NCBI RefSeq assembly: GCF_006345805.1
Contig: NW_021825522.1
Coordinates: 1-15,456, forward strand
Origin: Octopus sinensis
Lineage: Eukaryota
DNA: 15,456 bases
Direction: 5' to 3'
Under the pieces are notes generated by a model. It searched no databases. It saw only the letters and a program-made list of their open reading frames with translations, and was not told where the DNA came from. Each line of letters begins with the position of its first letter. Position 1 is the stretch's first letter. Below, one piece after another: positions 10,524 to 15,456 of the stretch. The position numbers and the translations under genes were made by a program.

Positions 10524-11545
10524 AGAATTCAAGGTGGCGAGTTGGAAAGGATTGTAAGGACGCCAGACCAAATGCTTAGCGGCATTTTATCTGCCTTTAC
10601 GTTCTGAGTTCAAATTCCGCCGAGGTTGACTTTGCCTTTGATCCTTTCGGGGTCGATAAATTAAGTACCAGTTACACACTGGGGTCGATATAATCAACTT
10701 AATCCGTTTGTCTGTCCTTGTTTCTCCCTCTGTGTGTAGTCCCTTGTGGGTAGTAAAGAAATAGGTATTTCATCCGTCCTTACGTTCTGAGTTCAAATTC
10801 CACCAAGGCTGGCTTTGCCTTTCATCCTTTCGGGGGTCGATAAATTAAGTACCAGTTGCGTATTGGGGTCGATCTAATCGACTGATACCCCTCCCCCAAA
10901 ATTTCGGGCTTTGTGCCTAAAGTAGAAAAGTATATTTTAAGGCGGTGAGCTGGCAGAAACGTTAGCAAACTGGGCGAATTGCTTAGCGATATTTCATCCG
11001 ACCTTACGTTCTGAATTCAAATTCCGCCGAGGTCAGCTTTGCCTTTTATCCTTTCGGGGTGGATAAATTAAGTAGTAGTTGCGTACTGGGGTCGATCTAA
11101 TCGATTGACACCCCTCCTCCAAAAGTTGGGGCTTTGTGCCTGGAGTAGAAAATAATATTTTCGTAGAATTTAAGGTGGCGAGTTGGTAAGGATCGTTAGC
11201 ACGCCGGGTAAAATGCTTAGCGGCATTTCATTCGTCTTTACGTTTCTATTTCAAATTATGTTGAGGTCGACGTTGCATTTCATTCTTCGTGGTCGATAAA
11301 ATAAAGTACCAGTTCTGCAATGATGTCGATGTCATCAACTTAACCTCTTCCCCCCGAACTCACTGGCCTCGTGCCAAAACTTGAAGCCAATTTTATACCT
11401 TTTTACTTTAATACAATTGTTTGTAATTTTAAAATTGAGTTCAAATTCCAACGAGGCCGACATTGCCTTTCATCCTTTCGGGGTCGATTAAATATGTCCC
11501 AACAGAGTACTGAGATGTATGTAATCGACAAATCCTGTCCCATAG
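10524..11545 (+). mobile_element. Head-to-tail array of five family 2 tRNA-derived SINE copies (~10524-10768, 10769-10938, 10939-11160, 11165-11392, 11436-11545)
   Basis: Copies share gagttcaaattcc (B-box-like) followed by ttgcctttcatcctttcggggtcgataaattaagtaccag, with varying decay. Copies 1, 3 and 4 retain the aaggyggygagytgg head. Confidence 0.9.
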
Positions 11546-11850
11546 AATTTGCTTAGGGGTTAGAGGTATTGCACTCGCGATTCATTCCAAAACCGTGATT
11601 TCAATTCTTGATTAGACAGTGTAGAACATATCAATTCACGTTGCTGCAGTCCACACAGGACTAAATGAGCAACCCTGCACGACGGACCTGTATCCCACTC
11701 AGGAGTAATGTTGCGATATCATTTACTTATAGAGACCGAGTAAGAGAGTCAAATGATTCCTAGTACTCGAGGCTGTAACTGTCTAGGGCTCCCTAGTTTA
11801 AGCTTGCCAATCGTTCCTCTGGTGCTTTTAGGCTTAATGGTTTCTGATTT

Positions 11851-12053
11851 AGGCAAAAAGGCAACAATTTTAAGAAAAAGTAGTTTTAGATGATTTCACA
11901 TCTATCCCAGCACTTCAATCGTGCTTTATTTTATCGACCCCGAAAAGAGGAAAGGCAAAGCTGATCTTTGCCTAATTTGAACCCAAATCCTAAAAATTCT
12001 GCAATTCACTTTTTCGATGCACTACTTACTCTGCCAGCTTATCACCGCCTTTG
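11851..12053 (-). mobile_element. Degenerate family 2 SINE copy, opposite orientation
   Basis: Plus strand shows ttttatcgacccCGAAAagaggaaaggcaaag...aatttgaaccc...ctctgccagcttatcaccgcctt. Confidence 0.75.
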
Positions 12054-12199
12054 GCTGTCGTTTATTAAAATGAATTGAGGTTGGACTTGAAAATCGGTAG
12101 ATCATCTAATAAAATTCATTATGGTGCTTAGTTTCCGTTCACTTTACATTCCAAAAAGCTTATCTCGAAAATCTATATTTACTGTGTCCTTAACTGTTC

Positions 12200-13090
12200 G
12201 TGTGTTAATGTCAAATGCAAATGATTCACCTGGTTTCCATTTGCTCCATCCAGGTGATGCTCAACCATCACCTTGGGCATTATAATCACCTTCCTTGTAG
12301 GTTCATCTTTCGGAGGAGAACTTTTTTTTTGGGGGGGGCGCTCCCTTTTTCAATTTTCCCTTTTAGTAATTTCCTGCTGTTTGTCACATTTGCTCATTTT
12401 TCGTTCCTTTTTCCTTTTGGATTCAAAGCAATAGGATGGTGCCAGTGACAGGCGTTCTGCGACTACTTGAGTCTTGCGACTGACAACAGACTGAATAATC
12501 CGTATATCATAGATTTTGCAACCAATGGTGGAAGTAGTGGGGGCCTTTTTCTCTGGGGTGTTGTTTGGAGCATCAACTGGAACTTACTGAATCTGATGAT
12601 GTTATTGGTTCTGCTGCTTTCTATTTCTCAACATCACTAATTATTACTGGCAGAATACCCCCACACTGTTATTAACTGAGCTAGCCTTCCTTTCAGCACA
12701 TCTGACGGGAGATTGCTCTGGTCTACTAATACTCTGACCTTCCAATGCCATTAAGAGTTCTTTCTCTAATAACAATCCATAGAAATACGTGAAATTCCGT
12801 CTTACCACGGCGTTCACTAACTGCTAGTTCTGTTCCATCAAAGTAACATCAAATCAACACGATTATGCTGAATTCAATCTGTCAATATAATTACTACGAC
12901 ACCAGTACAAGGACACGTAAGTGGCATACCACCACGGTTTCCTTTTTGCACCAACTTGTTTAAAATTAACCATATGATTACATAGTCATTCTTTTCAAAA
13001 TAGAGCAGACACCTTCTTATACATCGGCTGCATGTACCTCACATTACTATTTTGAGATCACGTGGAAAAGTGTCTCACATTTGGAAATGC
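12200..13090 (-). pseudogene. Possible heavily decayed LINE ORF1 (zinc-knuckle, gag-like) remnant
   Basis: Unique, non-microsatellite sequence. Minus-strand frames give Cys/His fragments (CETLFHVISK*, YG*F*TSWCKKETVVVCH, RISMDC) followed by LLEKELLMALEGQSISRPEQ and a basic/low-complexity tail. Many stops and frameshifts; similarity judged by eye only. Confidence 0.3.
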
Positions 13091-13425
13091 AGATCTAAGT
13101 AAATATTTTCTGTCGCTCGGGCAAAGAAGCGCTTGCTTTAGATATGAAACCTTGCCACGGTAATCATTTTGCAGATCTGGGTAAATGTTCTTTTCTGTTG
13201 CTCGGGCAAAGAAGCGCTAGCTTTAGATATGAAACCTTGCCACGGTAATCATTTTGCAGATCTGGGTAAATGTTCTTTTCTGTTGCTCGGGCAAAGAAGC
13301 GCTTGCTTTAGATATGAAACCGTGCCACGGTAATCATTTTGCAGATCTGGGTAAATGTTCTTTTCTGTTGCTCGGGCAAAGAAGCGCTTGCTTTAGATAC
13401 GAAACCGTGCCACGGTAATTACTTT
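13089..13425. repeat. Minisatellite, 85-bp unit, about 4 copies
   Basis: gcagatct starts at 13089, 13171, 13256 and 13341. The unit is gcagatctgggtaaatgttcttttctgttgctcgggcaaagaagcgcttgctttagatatgaaaccttgccacggtaatcatttt; the first unit is 82 bp and more diverged. Confidence 0.95.
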
Positions 13426-13659
13426 CTCTGCTCGGCAGTTCATACTGAAAACACGCGTGTTACTTGCAGCCTGAGCGAAAGAAAAACCTACCGTCTTTTA
13501 AAATCTTTCCTTCATTTCACAAGTTTCAATTCATTACCCCTGTTGCAGCTGTTGTAGATGTCGCTGTTGTTATTATTATTTTGATTATGTCATGCAAATT
13601 TCCGTTTTATGATATTAGATTTTGACAGACTGGACTTGAGCGTCTATCTCTTTATTTTA

Positions 13660-13750
13660 TTGTTATTTCCCCCAATTATTTATTTATTTATTTATTATTT
13701 ATTTATTATTTATCTGTCTATCTATGTTTCTGTTTATTTTATTTATTTTT
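13660..13750. repeat. (TTAT)n-rich tract
   Basis: Direct reading. Confidence 0.8.
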
Positions 13751-14089
13751 AAAAATAAATCGTTTCAGTGTGTTCGAAGATTAAATGACTGTTTTCTTTC
13801 AAAGGGGCGTATCCAGTGCCATTTCCTTTTTCTTGCAGCTCTTCTGACAGAGTAAGGCATACTGAAAATTATTGTAAACACAACAATATTCTGGAAAGAA
13901 ATTACAATGATATGTAAAACAGACAGTCTACCTACATTAGTTATTGAAACAGATATGAAAGCCGGCATCCTAACGACGGCTCCTGTTTGTAAAATGATCC
14001 AAAAGGATATAATTTTCATCCACAAAACATCTTAATAAATTAAAAACATCTTGAGAGTTTTATAACATTTCTGTCCGCGAAAATATAAA

Positions 14090-14200
14090 AATACATACAA
14101 CAACAACAGGAGTAAGAGTAGCAGGAGCAGTAGTAGTAGCAACAGCAACAACAGCAATAGCAGTTGCAACTATTATTATTGCAAAAGTAAAAGCAATCAC
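14090..14200. repeat. Degenerate (CAA/CAG/TAG)n trinucleotide tract
   Basis: Direct reading. Confidence 0.8.
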
Positions 14201-14338
14201 AATAGAAATAATGGTTTCTCATTTTGAGGAGGAAGAGCGAATCCTTACAACCTACTCCAAGGCATAATTGATCATTTATTATATAGACGGAAGAAGCGAA
14301 CTTGACATTAGGTAGGATTAATGATGATAATAGTTTTA

Positions 14339-14547
14339 CAGTTCTATTTTTAAGAGATGAGGAATTATGTACATTATTTACATTATTTACATTCAACGGA
14401 TATTTGTCCTCATCTTGTTTTGTTGTTAACACAACGTTTTCGGATGATATACACTCCAGCCTTCATCAGGTATCTTCGGGATATTTCGAACCTAGATTCT
14501 CATTCCTAAAGTAGTTTTCGATGTTCTTCTTCTTCTTCTTCTTCTTC

Positions 14548-14580
<33 letters not shown>
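14339..14580 (-). mobile_element. 3' part of a putative tRNA-headed, hammerhead-bearing SINE, including a (TAA)n/(GAA)n linker
   Basis: Contains the HHR motif and a downstream 9-bp inverted repeat (agatgagga 14355-63 / tcctcatct 14407-15). Linkage to the head at 15261-15363 is inferred from shared orientation, the shared (TAA)n linker and recalled octopus repeat structure. Confidence 0.6.
14428..14474 (-). ncRNA. Minimal PLE-type hammerhead ribozyme motif, slightly mutated
   Basis: Minus strand reads GATAC-CTGATGA-A-GGCTG-gagtgtatat-CATCC-GAAAACGTT-GTGTT. Stem I GATAC/GTGTT, stem II with one mismatch, palindromic AACGTT stem III, and one extra A after GAAA. Confidence 0.7.
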
Positions 14581-14581
<1 letters not shown>

Positions 14582-15137
14582 GGAGTGAGAGAGAACTGCG
14601 TGCCATCAAAGTGACACTGAGGTAAAATATACAAAGCCCAGTATACCCACCATGACTACCCGTCTGATAAGGGTGCACCAGGCACATGCATCACAACCAA
14701 ATGTGCGCGACATGGTGATCTCATATCAAGATAAATAGCGCATGACCTTGCAGGTGGGGCCCAGTTAGAATGTTCTTCTGGTCAAGTAGCCCATCCCGCT
14801 CAAAAAGATCCCTGAATAAGGATTGTTTAAGGATGTTGAACGAAACACCCATGTTTCCAAAGGTGAATTATCCAAACCCCCAAGAATTCCTTTCAACACA
14901 CGGCTATGATGTTCCCCCGTTACTTCCGCTCGCGGTCAGAGATGCACATATCATCAGCCACTAAAGGACTTGGTCAAATGGTTATGGTCAAACTGACAAG
15001 CAAATCTGTGGTATTGAGCAGAATATTTGCTGTAGCCCATCTTTTATACCAAGACAAAACAATGTACATGATAACACTCCCACTCAGTTAATATCAGAAG
15101 TCATGAGAGCCACTGTCTGGTACTGCATCAGGGCATT
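14581..15137 (+). mobile_element. ~555-bp interspersed repeat ending in an (ATT)n tail, probably a LINE 3' end or non-autonomous retroelement, inserted into an (ATT)n array
   Basis: More GC-rich block bounded on both sides by (ATT)n. It resembles an abundant octopus repeat as recalled. No intact ORF. Confidence 0.7.
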
Positions 15138-15144
15138 TTATTAA

Positions 15145-15189
<45 letters not shown>

Positions 15190-15199
15190 GATTATTATG

Positions 15200-15237
<38 letters not shown>

Positions 15238-15359
15238 CATTATTATTATTATTATTATTATTCAGGTCACTGCCTGGAATTGAATTCGGAATCTTCAGGT
15301 TTGTAGCCCGCACTCTTAACAACTACACCACTACGCCACTACGCCATATGCCCGTGGGC

Positions 15360-15363
<4 letters not shown>
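15138..15363 (-). mobile_element. 5' tRNA-like head (15261-15363) and (TAA)n linker of the putative hammerhead-bearing SINE
   Basis: Minus strand has A box TGGCGTAGTGG, gttaagagtgcgggcta and B-box-like GAATTCAATTCC, then gtgacctgaa(TAA)n. Confidence 0.75.
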
Positions 15364-15395
<32 letters not shown>

Positions 15396-15404
15396 TAATA
15401 TTAA

Positions 15405-15456
15405 TAGTTTCATCGACCGCGGAAGGACGAAAGGCTATGGATATCTCGGCGACATT
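15405..15456 (-). mobile_element. Family 2 SINE fragment running off the window edge
   Basis: tttcatcgaccgcggaaggacgaaaggc...ctcggcgacatt matches the reverse complement of the family 2 core seen at 10620-10660. Confidence 0.6.

Noticed and set aside
11660-11740. gcaaccctgcacgacggacctgtatcccactcagg resembling a conserved SINE central domain
   Set aside because: The match is short, from memory and single-copy in the window, and its boundaries cannot be defined.
13089-13425. Possible CRISPR array
   Set aside because: Units are contiguous with no unique spacers, the context is eukaryotic, and there are no cas genes.
15261-15346. Possible tRNA gene
   Set aside because: A and B boxes are present, but there is no complete cloverleaf or acceptor stem and it runs into a (TAA)n linker. 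It is better explained as a SINE head; the same applies to the heads at 4769 and 9675.

Overview
AT-rich eukaryotic non-coding DNA packed with compound microsatellites and decayed retroelements. The repeat families look like those of an octopus/cephalopod genome; this is inference from recalled repeat motifs, not a database result. No protein-coding gene can be confidently called: nearly all listed ORFs are microsatellite translations, and only weak candidate exons exist (1524-1583, 2791-2861, 13765-14033). The notable content is RNA-structural. There are five hammerhead ribozyme (HHR)-like motifs. Two are fully canonical type I HHRs sitting near the outer ends of a ~790-bp near-perfect foldback (3115-3903), one per strand, pointing inward. 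Three are minimal, Penelope-like-element (PLE)-type motifs (2407-2452, 4402-4437, 14428-14474). The last lies near the 3' end of an apparent tRNA-headed SINE that is split by a nested insertion. Also present are a second ~230-bp hairpin, two tRNA-derived SINE families (one as a head-to-tail array), a Tc1/pogo-type MITE, an 85-bp minisatellite and a possible decayed LINE ORF1.
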